DNA of 64,000 nt from Hormiphora californensis (taxonomy: Eukaryota > Animalia > Ctenophora): positions 6,262,001-6,326,000 of the forward strand of contig CM035352.1 in the NCBI GenBank assembly GCA_020137815.1. Direction: 5' to 3'. The notes beneath the pieces are model-generated. The model was not told the DNA's origin, searched no databases, and was given only the letters and a program-made list of their open reading frames with translations. Position 1 is the stretch's first letter; each line of letters begins with the position of its first letter. Below are positions 48,350-61,488 of the stretch, one piece after another. The position numbers were made by a program, and so were the translations under genes.

Positions 48350-51300
48350 ATGGCAAAGTACTCGTCTCTGAGTCGCGCTCAGCTTGATTTTGAATATCTC
48401 CACACTAACAGTACCACCCACGAGTTTCTATTCGGTGCCTTTGCCGAACTCCTCGACAACTCCCGGGATGCGGGGGCCACCAAGAGCAGCATTTTCACAG
48501 TTCAGCGGGAAGATTTGAGGGGAGGATGTATGTTGTGTTTCCTGGATAATGGGGAGGGTATGAGCCCGAATGATGTTGTGTCTGTTATGAGATTCGGAAC
48601 ATCGGCTAAAAAAGTTGCTGAATCGAACATGATCGGGCAGTATGGTAACGGACTGAAGTCTGGTTCAATGAGGATCGGGAAGGATTTCATTTTGTTTACC
48701 AAGAAAGATTCGACTATGAGTTGTCTGATGCTCTCCAGAACATTCCACGAATCAGAGAATCTGAGGGAAGTAATAGTTCCGATGCCGTCCTGGAGCAGAC
48801 AGACCCGCCTCCCTCTGACTGTCGATGATGATGAGCGTTCCAAACACGACATTGTAAGTACAGTTTGAAGTTCACTTGTGATATTAGATTGAGGGTGAAC
48901 GGCTGTTCTTTGGAGTTTAGATGTTTCCAAGGAAATCACAATTCTGTTTCTCCGTTTATACATGGACAACTTATCCGCCATGCTCCATATAAAACGTTGT
49001 TTTTGGTAGGAATTGGATTTGATACTCAAGTACTCCCCATTCAACACAAAGAAACAAGTGTTCGATCAGTTTGAGAAGATTGAGAGTGAGACAGGGACTC
49101 TTGTGGTTATTTATAACTTGAAGACACTTGACAACGGTGAACCTGAAATTGACGTAAGTGTTATTTTTTGGAATTTATCTATGTTTTTCTACCCGAAATT
49201 CATTTGAGTCCTTCATTCCTTAGCTGCAAACCACCCAAGAGCATTCTACTTTAACCTGTTTACCCTCAGATCCGAACCGATCCGAAGGACATTTTAACGA
49301 ACCAGATGGACTACGAAACGGAATACGAACAGGAGAGAGAGCACTTTGAGATACCGGAAAAGAAATCATTCCGAGCGTACACTGCAGTTTTATACCAGGA
49401 ACCGAGAATGAGGATATTTGTACAGAACGAGAAAGTGAGGACAAAACGACTGGAAGCTCTCTGTTATCTTCCAAAGTAAGAAAAAACATGGATATTCAGC
49501 ATAAATCAAATTGCTTTGCAGTTGGGAATTGGTGGTTCCACTGCCGCAAGTTTTAAAAACATTTCTGCTTCTTACTTCTTTCTGTTTTGTGTGTTCTGCA
49601 ATATTTTTGTATTCTGCCCTTCTTGTACAACTTCTTGTCTTGCAGGCAGTACGACTACACCTCAGCCAGATTCAAAGCCCGCTCTGAGAAAGAGACGCAC
49701 GAGGCAGAGAACAAGTGTCGGATTGCAGAGGAGAGGGCCAGGGAGGCTGAATCAGATGCCCGCAATCTCGAGACCCGGATTGGTGATGGTGGCAGTAAAG
49801 AGGAGAGGATTGAGTTGAGGAGAGCACAGCAGCATGCCGTGGACTGCCGCCGAGACTGTGATGTGCTGAAGAAGCTGGCTGCCAGAAAAAGGAAATCACT
49901 GAAAGAACCAAAGGCACTGAAATTTACATTTGGGCTCAATATTCAGAACCGGAAATGTTTTGGCATGTTTATTTACAACTGCAGTAGACTTATCAAAATG
50001 TATGAGCGAGTTGGACCTCAATTGGAGGGGGGCTGTTCTGGAGTTGGGGTTATTGGAATTGTCAATGTGCCTTACTTAGTTCTGGAACCTACTCACAATA
50101 AGCAAGACTTTGCCGATGCCAAGGTAATTGTTTGTGGTAATTGGTGATTATTATTTTACGGCAATGATATTGGCCTTTTTTTCCTCTGGTCTGCCAGAAA
50201 CATAACTTTATGGAAAGAATGGCAGTGAAGTTTGGCAGTCTTATATCTCTTGTTTGCATATAATTACTAAATTCAGCAATCCCTTTTATCTCTCATCCTC
50301 AGGAGTATAAACATCTTTTCTCTCTGATTCTCAGGAGTATAAACACTTGTTGAGGGCCCTTGGGGAACACCTTCACCACTACTGGCAGATCTGTGGAGTG
50401 GTCGACCCCCGAACGGGATCCGGGGTCAGGAACTTTTGGGCAGAGTTCGGGTACTTCACAAACAAGTGGACGGAAGAACCAGCGACAGACTTGAAATATG
50501 TGAAGAAGAGAAACATGAAAACACTTCAGTGGCAGCAGTGTGGTAAGTGACTAATTAGATCAAATAAGTTGTATTATACGGGTTTTATGAGTTAAACAAC
50601 TGACGGTTGAATAATATAGATTCTCGATTCTCAAGCTAATATCATGTCTCATTTCAGATCGGTGTTTGAAATGGCGGATGATTCCCTTCTCTATGAAGGA
50701 TCCCCAGGCAACATTTGATAGCACTGAAGAGTGGACCTGCCAGAAGAACCCTGATATTAACTTTAACAAGTAAGTACCTCTATTATTCGCCTCGTGTGGT
50801 AAACCCCATCCTCAGCTTTCAGTTCAGTTGATCGAAAGATGATCAGGGCCTACAATTGACATGTTTTTTGTTTGGAGGCGTGTGTACGTGTACTAAATAT
50901 TGTTTTTCTTTTTAGATGTACGGTAGCTGAGCAACAACTAAAGATCACAATGTCCAACATAAACCACAAACCATTTGAAGAAAAGAAAAAGGCGGTGGAG
51001 GCGGCGAGAGAGAGGAAGAAATCTACAGAGACAGTGAAGAGAAACAGTAGTTTTTCAGAGGCTAGAAGTAGGATGGATAGCGATGAATTACCACGACGAC
51101 AATCTAAACGATCCTCCTCTCCTCCCGATATATTCTCCAAGGCAGATGCCATGTACAAGGAGCAGAATCTGAGGTTAAAGGAAAAGGCTGCAAAGCAGAA
51201 AGAGTTGGAGAGAAAGAAGAAGCAAATGGCGGCAGAAAAGGTACAGACTGTTATAGCGCCAGTGATTGATAGTCCTGTTATAATTGATTCGTCGCGAACA

Positions 51301-52642
51301 TACTTCATTATTATGGCAGAGAAATCCCAATTATATACTTCAAATTTGGGATGCGGCCCCAATCAACTCTCTTGATCTCTATCCTCTTATCATTGATATT
51401 ACTATAACACCCCTTCACCCCAGGAGCGGCAAGAACGGCAAGAACGACTAGAAAGACAGCAACGACTCCAGGCGGAGAGTTCAGCCAGGAAGCGACGGAA
51501 GACTCCTTCTTCTGAAGAAGAAAGTGAGGAGGAGGAGGTAGTTGAACAAAAATATAAAAACGGCTTTGCATCAGGCTCTTCAAGACGACCTGCAACCTCC
51601 CCTGCCGTTACCACCTTCCAGAGCAAGAAAGTGAAGCCAGAACACAAAGTCATCACTTCATCAAATCACATTGAAAAGGGTAAGTGGGGATGTTTTTATC
51701 AATGTCGATTGTTGGACTCACTAATCGGGGAAGCTTTGATATTACTGAGTTTTTCTAGATTCAGCCCCCTCCCTCCTTGTTTACCATCCCCTCTGACATC
51801 TGTGTTAACCATCCCCCTCAATGATTTCAGAGCCTTCAAAGGAGGTAGTGAACCTGAAAAAAATCCAAAACAAACTGGCAGAGAGTCTCAGATTATCCCT
51901 CCACTACTTCTCTCCCCCATCCTGGCCTACCAAAAAGGAGGATCTGATAAATCTTGATCTTGATAAACTACTCGAATTCCCCCTGGTATGTGTTTGTGTG
52001 TTTAACTAATAAAATTCTTAATAAGTACTAGGCTAGGTCAATACTTAGTTAGTTGCCATGACAACCAATATATATTTTGTCCATTCTCACTCTCATCTAC
52101 CTGATTTGCAATGTCCTATATCATGTCGAATGTGGATTGTCGATGTCTTACTAATCGGTGTTTATCTTCCCCAGAACAACTTCTTTGATACCTACGAAAA
52201 GAACCTGACAGAGTTGATTGGGCAATACCAGGAACATGCCTCTACAGCTGAAAAGAGAGCTGAGGCATCAGATGAGAAGTTACATAATGTCAGAAAACTT
52301 GTAATGCAGCTCCTCAAACCATCTCTCAGCTTTGTAAGTCAAGAAGGAGCATCGTCGTCATCTTCATTTCATCTCACACATCACCACCGGTACAAGGTAA
52401 TTTGATATGTGACGTCATCGAGGTGATGACGTCAACAAGGAATCAGTGTGGCTAACAAAGAACTAGTCTATTGATCTTTATCACTTGAAAATATTGTTTC
52501 CATTATCCTAGCGTCGTCTCACTAAAACTAACTCCCCCTCCTTCAGACACAAGACTCAGAAGAGAACGAGGAGATTGGAGAAAATGTGGACGAGATTCTG
52601 GCGGCGGTTGTCAAGGAAACGAACAAACTCCCTGACACGTGA
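48350..52642 (+). CDS. MORC2: MORC-family GHKL ATPase with CW zinc finger, about 11 exons
   Basis: [52 protein letters not shown], a coiled-coil insertion, [10 protein letters not shown], and CW finger WQQCDRCLKWR...WTC..NPD. Confidence 0.93.
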
Positions 52643-53007
52643 CGTAATACGTGTGACGTCACATATAATTCAGAACATTAGCATCATTTGACGAACAAGA
52701 TGTGAGGCAAGGAGAAACATTTATTTATTGGTTGAACTGGCAGATTCACCGTTCCACAACTTAATTTAGATTATTATATCCATATATCTATAATCGAGTT
52801 CTATAATCGAGTTATGATATTTCGCTACTGTCTGATGACTGGCTAGATCGGCTATAATTGTAACCGATCTAGCTGGCCCAGTTTTTATTATAACAACTCA
52901 ACACGAATATATGCCACATTCTAAATTTTTTAAACCTCCGTGTTTTTCTCCTTTTTGTGAGCGTGTATGATTTGATAACAGTTTGAATTTCCTTAGCTTA
53001 TTGTCAG

Positions 53008-56000
53008 ATGGAGGGAGGTAAAAAAAGAAAGAAGTCTGGTGGCCGAAAACCCCGGAAGTCGGCTGAAAACAGTGCACCAACAGAAGAACAACCAGAAGCA
53101 CCAGCACCAGTGGATCTACCAATTGGGCGGGGCAAGAAGAAACGGGGCAAGAAACAGCCACCAACTCCAGATGATGTAGTTCCAGAAGTTATTGTTGACA
53201 GTGATTCACCTCCAGAACCCCAGACACGAGGTCGAAAGAAGCGGAAATCAGCTGGCTCTGCAGTGAAGAATCAGGATGAGTTTATTGGGGTTACCCGGGA
53301 TGTGTCACCTAAGAAGGGTGTTCACAACAAGAGATACACAGTGTCCCCTCCTAAGAAGAGGGACATGTTTGCTGCGTTATTGAAACAGGGTGGTAATGTG
53401 TCGGAGAGTGGTAAATCATCAGATCAAGCGGAGGAGGAGGAGGAGGTGAGTGAGGTGGAGGTGGTGAAAAAGAAGAAAAAAGTGAAAAAGGAAGTGAAAG
53501 AAGAGATAAAAGAAGAGGTTGTGGATGAACCGGAGGAGGAGGAGGAGGCTGGACAGGTAGCTGAGCTGGTAACACACGAGATGATGGAACAAGAGGGAGA
53601 GGAACAGAATGGGGAACAGGAACAAAATTGGGAACAGGAACAGAATGGAGAAGGGGAACAAGAGGAACAGAATGGAGACGGGGAGGAGCAGGAACAGCAG
53701 GAACAGCTGACACCACAACCATTCATTGGATATGATAATTTCGATGCCTACTCCAACAGTCTCTTACCCCTAGGTTGGTAACATACGCTTTCTAAACCTC
53801 AGTTTGTTTTGTAACCCCAGTTTGTTCTGTAACCTCAGTTTGTTTTGTAACCCCAGTTTGTTTTGTAACCTCAGTTTGTTTTGTAACCCCAGTTTGTTTT
53901 GTAACCTCAGTTTGTTTTGTAACCCCAGTTTGTTTTGTAACCCCAGTTTGTTTTGTAACCCCAGTTTGTTTTGTAACCTCAGTTTGTTTTGTAACCTCAG
54001 TTTGTTCTGTAGCCTCAGTTTGTTTTGTAACCCCAGTTTGTTCTGTAACCTCAGTTTGTTTTGTAACCCCAGTTTGTTTTGTAGCCTCAGTTTGTTTTGT
54101 AACCCCAGTTTGTTTTGTAACCTCAGTTTGTTTTGTAACCCCAGTTTGTTTTGTAACCTCAGTTTGTTTTGTAACCCCAGTTTGTTTTGTAACCTCAGTT
54201 TGTTTTGTAACCCCAGTTTGTTTTGTAACCTCAGTTTGTTTTGTAACCCCAGTTTGTTTTGTAACCTCAGTTTGTTTTGTAACCTCAGTTTGTTTTGTAA
54301 CCTCAGTTTGTTTTGTAACCCCAGTTTGTTCTGTAACCTCAGTTTGTTTTGTAACCTCAGTTTGTTTTGTAACCTCAGTCTGTTTTGTAACCCCAGTTTG
54401 TTTTGTAACCCCCTCTTTTCTACAGTGGTTGGGTTTCTAAAGGTTACTAAACAGTTACCTGGGACTAAGGATGAGTTCGATTTCTTTCAGTCCTATCCCT
54501 CCTTCCTCGCATTTACAAAAAACCAAGGCCAAAGGGTTCTTCAACTTATTGGCAAGGTAAATGGTAGTTGCTACAATGCTGTACTTCGTCCCCCTCTTCG
54601 TACCCTCTCCTATTAGATATTATCCACCCCCGCTCTTCCTTCTTCCACTATTTTACATCCCCACACTTCTGCGATGTAGCCTGAGGGGTAATTTCGTTGC
54701 CAACACATCCCCCACTTCCCCAGATGTTCAAGCACCACCACGTGTACCAGAAATGGAACACCACCCCAACGACCACAGTAACTGGTATAGAAGAACAGAC
54801 GGAGGCAGTTGTGGAGGCTAATGACACACTCCTAGAACGGGTTGATAAGATCCTTGATATGATGAAACAAAGCAAGAACGAAGATCGGTTGGATCTCAAA
54901 CCGAGCAGCTCTAATTCAGTACTGGTAGCGGCCTGGAACACAAAGTCACCAGCCAATCAAACGAAACCAATTCGCCTACTACATACCCGTAATATACTGC
55001 GTCCTCAAATGAAATGGAAGGACAAACCTGATAACACGGATGCTCCATTTGTGCCGCATATCAGGGAGAAACCTAATGCAAAGGTGTGTTTTATGAAGGA
55101 GCAACATGTTATTTTATGAAGGAGCAACATGTTGTTTTATGAAGGAGCAGGAACTAACAATATATCATTCAGGTACCGTTATCGGAAGTGTTTGTGCAGA
55201 TGATGAAGAATGAGAAGGAGGATGAGTTGGCAAGCTTTATCAAAATAGCTCGAGGCAGCACTGTTGAATACCCACACCCATATCAGGTAAGAAGTGAGAA
55301 CTAATGATTGATGTTTGATATTGAAGCCGTCATGAGAGGTGTAGAGCTAGAGGTGTAGTGCTAGAGCTAGAGGTGTAGTGCTAGAGCTAGAGGTGTAGTG
55401 CTAGAGCTAGAGGTGTAGTGCTAGAGCTAGAGGTGTAGTGCTAGAGCTAGAGGTGTAGTGCTAGAGCTACTAGCTAGAGGTGTAGTGCTAGAGCTAGAGG
55501 TGTAGTGCTAGAGCTAGAGGTGTAGTGCTAGAGCTAGAGGTGTAGTGCTAGAGCTAGAGGTGTAGTGCTAGAGCTAGAGGTGTAGTGCTAGAGCTAGAGG
55601 TGTAGTGCTAGAGCTAGAGGTGTAGTGCTAGAGCTAGAGGTGTAGTGCTAGAGCTAGAGGTGTAGTGCTAGAGCTAGAGGTGTAGTGCTAGAGCTAGAGG
55701 TGTAGTGTAGAGCTAGAGGTGTAGTGCTAGAGCTAGAGGTGTAGTGCTAGAGCTAGAGGTGTAGTGCTAGAGCTAGAGGTGTAGTGCTAGAGCTAGAGGT
55801 GTAGTGCTAGAGCTAGAGGTGTAGTGCTAGAGCTAGAGGTGTAGTGCTAGAGCTAGAGGTGTAGTGCTAGAGCTAGAGGTGTAGTGCTAGAGCTAGAGGT
55901 GTAGTGCTAGAGCTAGAGGTGTAGTGCTAGAGCTAGAGGTGTAGTGCTAGAGCTAGAGGTGTAGTGCTAGAGCTAGAGGTGTAGTGCTAGAGCTAGAGGT

Positions 56001-59000
56001 GTAGTGCTAGAGCTAGAGGTGTAGTGCTAGAGCTAGAGGTGTAGTGCTAGAGCTAGAGGTGTAGTGCTAGAGCTAGAGGTGTAGTGCTAGAGCTAGAGGT
56101 GTAGTGCTAGAGCTAGAGGTGTAGTGCTAGAGCTAGAGGTGTAGTGCTAGAGCTAGAGGTGTAGTGCTAGAGCTAGAGGTGTAGTGCTAGAGCTAGAGGT
56201 GTAGTGCTAGAGCTAGAGGTGTAGTGCTAGAGCTAGAGGTGTAGTGCTAGAGCTAGAGGTGTAGTGCTAGAGCTAGAGGTGTAGTGCTAGAGCTAGAGGT
56301 GTAGTGCTAGAGCTAGAGGTGTAGTGCTAGAGCTAGAGGTGTAGTGCTAGAGCTAGAGGTGTAGTGCTAGAGCTAGAGGTGTAGTGCTAGAGCTAGAGGT
56401 GTAGTGCTAGAGCTAGAGGTGTAGTGCTAGAGCTAGAGGTGTAGTGCTAGAGCTAGAGGTGTAGTGCTAGAGCTAGAGGTGTAGTGCTAGAGCTAGAGGT
56501 GTAGTGCTAGAGCTAGAGGTGTAGTGCTAGAGCTAGAGGTGTAGTGCTAGAGCTAGAGGTGTAGTGCTAGAGCTAGAGGTGTAGTGCTAGAGCTAGAGGT
56601 GTAGTGCTAGAGCTAGAGGTGTAGTGCTAGAGCTAGAGGTGTAGTGCTAGAGCTAGAGGTGTAGTGCTAGAGCTAGAGGTGTAGTGCTAGAGCTAGAGGT
56701 GTAGTGCTAGAGCTAGAGGTGTAGTGCTAGAGCTAGAGGTGTAGTGCTAGAGCTAGAGGTGTAGTGCTAGAGCTAGAGGTGTAGTGCTAGAGCTAGAGGT
56801 GTAGTGCTAGAGCTAGAGGTGTAGTGCTAGAGCTAGAGGTGTAGTGCTAGAGCTAGAGGTGTAGTGTAGAGCTAGAGGTGTAGTGCTAGAGCTAGAGGTG
56901 TAGTGCTAGAGCTAGAGGTGTAGTGCTAGAGCTAGAGGTGTAGTGCTAGAGCTAGAGGTGTAGTGCTAGAGCTAGAGGTGTAGTGCTAGAGCTAGAGGTG
57001 TAGTGCTAGAGCTAGAGGTGTAGTGCTAGAGCTAGAGGTGTAGTGCTAGAGCTAGAGGTGTTATGCTAGAGCTAGAGCTAGAGGTGTAGTGTAGAGCTAG
57101 AGGTGTAGTGTAGAGCTAGAGGTGTAGTGCTAGAGCTAGAGGTGTAGTGCTAGAGCTAGAGGTGTAGTGCTAGAGCTAGAGGTGTAGTGCTAGAGCTAGA
57201 GGTGTAGTACTAGCTATATAAAATTAGGTTTGTCTCCTTTCAAAACAAAAGGTTTAGATACATTTTATTGTATTATTATCAATTATGCCAACACTCCCTC
57301 CCACAACAGCACGAGTTAGAAGTGTTCGAACCTCATCCCTGGCAACTGGAACTAGGCCTGAAACACCAACCTGAACTGATGGATACAACCCCACTTGTTA
57401 TTATTGATAAAGTTGAGCAACTGGATGATCTCATTGCTGCTCTCTCTTTATCCCGAGAGATAGCAATTGATCTTGAGGCTCACAGTTACCGATCCTTCCT
57501 GGGATTTACCTGTCTCATGCAGCTGTCGACTAGAAAGGGAGATTATATAGTTGATACGCTGTCTCTGAGGGGACATCTAGCGGTTCTAAACAAGATATTT
57601 ACAGATCCTAATATACTGAAGGTAAGTTGCTTGGGCCAGGGAATTAGGGTAAAATACGGTATGTAGTAGATTGTTGAGTAGATTTGCCTAGCTAGACTAT
57701 GTTTCGTGGGCCCCGCTCGCGAAACACAAATGTAAAGGAGGGTTAGAACATAACAAGAGTAGATATAATATAATATAGAGGCTCGGGGTATTGGAACTTG
57801 TATTGATGACCAGTAGAACTATAACCTTTTCTTAATCTCCAACACTTCCCCAGGTTTTCCACGGATCCCATAATGATGTCCTCTGGCTGCAGAGAGATCT
57901 GGGTCTATACCTCGTCAACATGTTTGATTCTTACCACGCCTGTAAACAACTAACCCTGCCCCGTGCCAGTCTTTCCTTCCTACTCCACCGTTACTGTGGT
58001 GTTACCGCAGATAAACAGTATCAGTTAGCTGACTGGAGGATTAGGCCCCTACCAGAGTTGATGATAAAATATGCGAGGGAGGACACACATTATCTCTTGT
58101 TTATTTATGATTGTTTGAGATATGAACTGCTGGCGGAAGGGCCCCACGCTCTGGAGAGTGTTTACAGGAACAGTGCAAGGGAGTGCTTGCAGGTGTACCA
58201 GAAACCGACTTATTCAGATGACAGTTACCTTGATGTTTATCACAAGGTGGGTATGTGCGGTGCAGTGGGTATTTTAGTTGCCCTTTTTATCCTAGGCAGC
58301 AGTACCACCTTAGTCAGGTGGTGATGACTAATGTATTTCTTGTTACCCTTCTACCCGTTATCCCTCTCTTCCTCCCTCTCACTCCTATCTTCCTCCCTCT
58401 CACTTCTATCTCCCCTAGATTCGGATCACGTTGAAGCCCCAGCAGAAGGAGTGTCTCAAACAACTTCACTCCTGGAGAGACCAGACAGCCCGAACAGAGG
58501 ACGAGAGTACTGCGTTCGTGCTGCCAAACCACATGATGCTCAAAATATCAGAGCTTTTACCACCCGATCAAGAGGGTATGTTACCATTCTAGGTAACCAT
58601 GGTTACCATGATGCTGGTTACCAAGGTTACCGGGAGTTATGTAACATGAGAGTTAAGGCCAGAGGGGGGGGTCGACCGATTTTTGACCCCTATTTTGGGC
58701 CATTTTTGGGGTTACCATCATGTCATAGCGCTTGGCACACCAGACCAGATGGATATGACAGAATCGATTTTGCGCGAACGGTCTGGGAGAAAAGTGGGGT
58801 TAACTTTTGGCCTGAAATCAATGTAAACCCCATTATTTTAGGACTGGTAGGGTTTGGGACATCCAATCAAGTGTCAAACGCTTCGTCTTATCAAGAGGGA
58901 TCACTCTGCTAAGTTTTACACCATTAGTCCAACTGGTCTTTGAATTATTTGGGGTTTACAAAATCTGGAAAAATCGACATTATGGCTCCCATATACACCC

Positions 59001-60888
59001 CATTTTTTTCACATGGTTAACCACTTTCTGAGAAAACGGCTAGGATCTAGACCTTGTCGTTTGGCACACTTGTTCTACAGACCAAGGAGCATGAAACATA
59101 TGTAGCGATTTTTGATTAAGGCCCTCGTTCAAAAATTATGGGGGTTTACATAATATTTTCCCTGACCAAACATTTGTAAACCCCCATAATTTTTGAACGA
59201 GGGCCTTAATCAAAAATCGCTACATATGTTTCATGCTCCTTGGTCTGCAGAACAAGTGTGCCAAACGACAAGGTCTAGATCCTAGCCGTTTTCTCAGAAA
59301 GTGGTTAACCATGTGAAAAAATGGGGTGTATATGGGAGCCATAATGTCGATTTTTCCAGATTTTGTAAACCCCAAATAATTCAAAGACCAGTTGGACTAA
59401 TGGTGTAAAACTTAGCAGAGTGATCCCTCTTGATAAGACGAAGCGTTTGACACTTGATTGGATGTCCTAAACTCTACCAGTCCTAAAATAATGGGGTTTA
59501 CATTGATTTCAGCCCAAAAGTTAACCCCACTTTTCTCCCAGACCGTTCGCGCAAAATCGATTCTGTCATATCCATCTCGTCCGGTGTGCCAAGCGCTATG
59601 ACATGATGGTAACCCCAAAAATGGCCCAAAATAGGGGTCAAAAATCGGTCGACCCCCCCCCTCTGGCCTTAACCCCAAGCCCCTAATCCAGGTATTCTGG
59701 CGTGTTGTAACCCCCCGCCCCCCATTGTACGACTCCACATCCCTGAGCTCCATCTGATAGTTGAGAAGGCCCGGCACTATAATCCTCTACTGGATCCAAA
59801 GAGAGAGGAGGCTGTTGGGGAGGAAGGGGATGATGATGAATACACGCCAGGTATAAGGAGGGAGGTATATGGGGTAGGAGGGGGACATAATGAGGCAGGA
59901 CTCAGGGAGAGTGGTAGTGTGGGGAAAAGAGAGCTCTAACACCACAATGTTTCATCGATTATATCTCTCCTCTTCTTACCATTCGTCTATTCACAACAAT
60001 TAGCGATAGCCTTGGGAGTTGGGATGTATCTTTTCCTATCTCTTGCCTCTCTTTCTTCAGGCAAGAACACAAAAATCAATAGTTATATGGTCATATTATG
60101 ATATACTCTCAGTTATCTTTCGTCACCTATATTCCTCTTCCCCAGGTTTCCTTGACATGACCCACCAATCTGTGGTCGAGAGTTTACTAAACGTATCCAA
60201 GAGATCCCGCCGCACCTCAGAGATATTCTATGTCCCCAAAACGGGTCCCGATCTAGAGATCCTGAGACAACCCAAGGATGCCTCGGACACCTTTTCCATA
60301 ACCTCCGAGACAGGCACCATCAGGCATGCGGACACAACAGTCACCTTCTTCGAGACAGCCCGGGCAGAGTTAAGTGATGCTGTTAAAACAGTTACTGAGG
60401 GGATGGCAGCACCCTTCAGGTTGTTCATGAACAAGATCGCAGAGTTGAGAGAGGAGGAGAAGAAAAAAGAGGAGGAGGAGGAGGGTGAGAGAGGGAATCT
60501 GTATCCCCTTCCTTCAGCAGTTCCACCTCCTGTCCAGTTCTCCAATGAAGGGGAGGATGTCGATGAGGGCGGGAATCTGATAGTTTTCAAGGCCCCTGCT
60601 AAACGACCACCCCCACCAGAGGGAGAGGAGCCAGAAGAGAGGGGACTTCGTGCTAAAAGTGGGAAAAAGAGAAGGAAGAAGGAGGTCGGAGAGTTTAGTC
60701 CGTTTAATTTTGAGGAGGTTTCAATGAAGCAAATGGCAGCACAGGAGGAAGTAAGGCCGAGGGAGAGGGGTGATATGTTGAATGCTGGGGAGGATAGTAG
60801 GGCCGGTTCGATCAAGCAAAGGACTAACATGAAAACCGGTAATCGATCGAGCTTCCAGAACTTTTTAAAGAAGAAATTCAGGCGATGA
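53008..60888 (+). CDS. EXOSC10: Exosome component 10 / RRP6 3'-5' exoribonuclease, about 9 exons
   Basis: PMC2NT (DEFDFFQSYPSF), NILRPQMKW..KPDN, YPHPY, DEDDy motifs (AIDLEAHSYRSF, DVLWLQRD, YAREDTHYLL), HRDC region and a K/R-rich tail. Confidence 0.94.
53795..54412. repeat. 18-bp minisatellite filling EXOSC10 intron 1
   Basis: About 34 copies of CAGTTTGTTTTGTAACC(C/T). Confidence 0.95.
55337..57214. repeat. 20-bp minisatellite, about 93 near-identical copies, in an EXOSC10 intron
   Basis: Tandem GAGGTGTAGTGCTAGAGCTA. Confidence 0.97.
58657..59668. mobile_element. Palindromic Kolobok-like non-autonomous element (EXOSC10 intron)
   Basis: TTAA TSD; GG...CC termini; 494-bp arms (58657-59150 and 59175-59668) around a 24-nt spacer. 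Confidence 0.87.
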
Positions 60889-61488
60889 AGTGCTTTTTAA
60901 TTTTTTTTATTGACCACTGTCATGGGACGAAAGATTAATTTATTTTCAACTTTTATTTACTTGAATCTCTATATCATATTGCCAACTCCCCCTAAAACCC
61001 CTTGAAGACAGGTAACTTTTACTATTTCTCCACACTTATTGACCAAGAAAGTGTCTGGTCCCTTGATTGAGGAATGACTCCATCGGCCCGCCGTCCCTCA
61101 ACCTTTGCGGGTCATTCAGCACTGTCTCGAAACTCAAAAAACTCCGGCAGAGTGTGGGAGTGATACTGTAACACGCAACGCGCACCATTCCTCCTTGGCG
61201 TGTGTAAAGCACTTTCATCAGCATTTGTTCCGCGCGCGTTGTGCAGAGACTCATCACTGATGCACTGGCAACAAGCAATTGCTGGATTCAATTTCACCCC
61301 CTGTCCGGAGTACTGCTTTTTTTTCTTCTGTGTGTGTGTCGCAACACTGGAATCGTGCGCGTTCAGGGCATGTTTCAAGTTCCACGTGTCATAGCGTAGC
61401 CCCTAATTAGATTAACAAATAATTATTCACACTAGGTTCAAGCCCAGACAATTCCTAATACCGTAGATCAAACCCGGACTTGATTGGA

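Noticed and set aside
53804-54616. 270-aa (LFCNPS)n ORF
   Set aside because: An intronic 18-bp minisatellite; only the end overlaps a true EXOSC10 exon.
55337-57214. Helical-phase meaning of repeat unit lengths (20, 31, 31, 32 bp)
   Set aside because: Too few arrays, and the 18- and 36-bp units do not fit.
58580-58632. Clustered GGTTACC/GGTAACC (RFX X-box-like) motifs
   Set aside because: Intronic, imperfect and explainable as a short local tandem duplication.
61036-61394. Possible piggyBac Cys-rich tail or last exon of another gene
   Set aside because: Cysteine spacing is unconvincing, there is no DDD core, and the region shares motifs with the adjacent foldback element.
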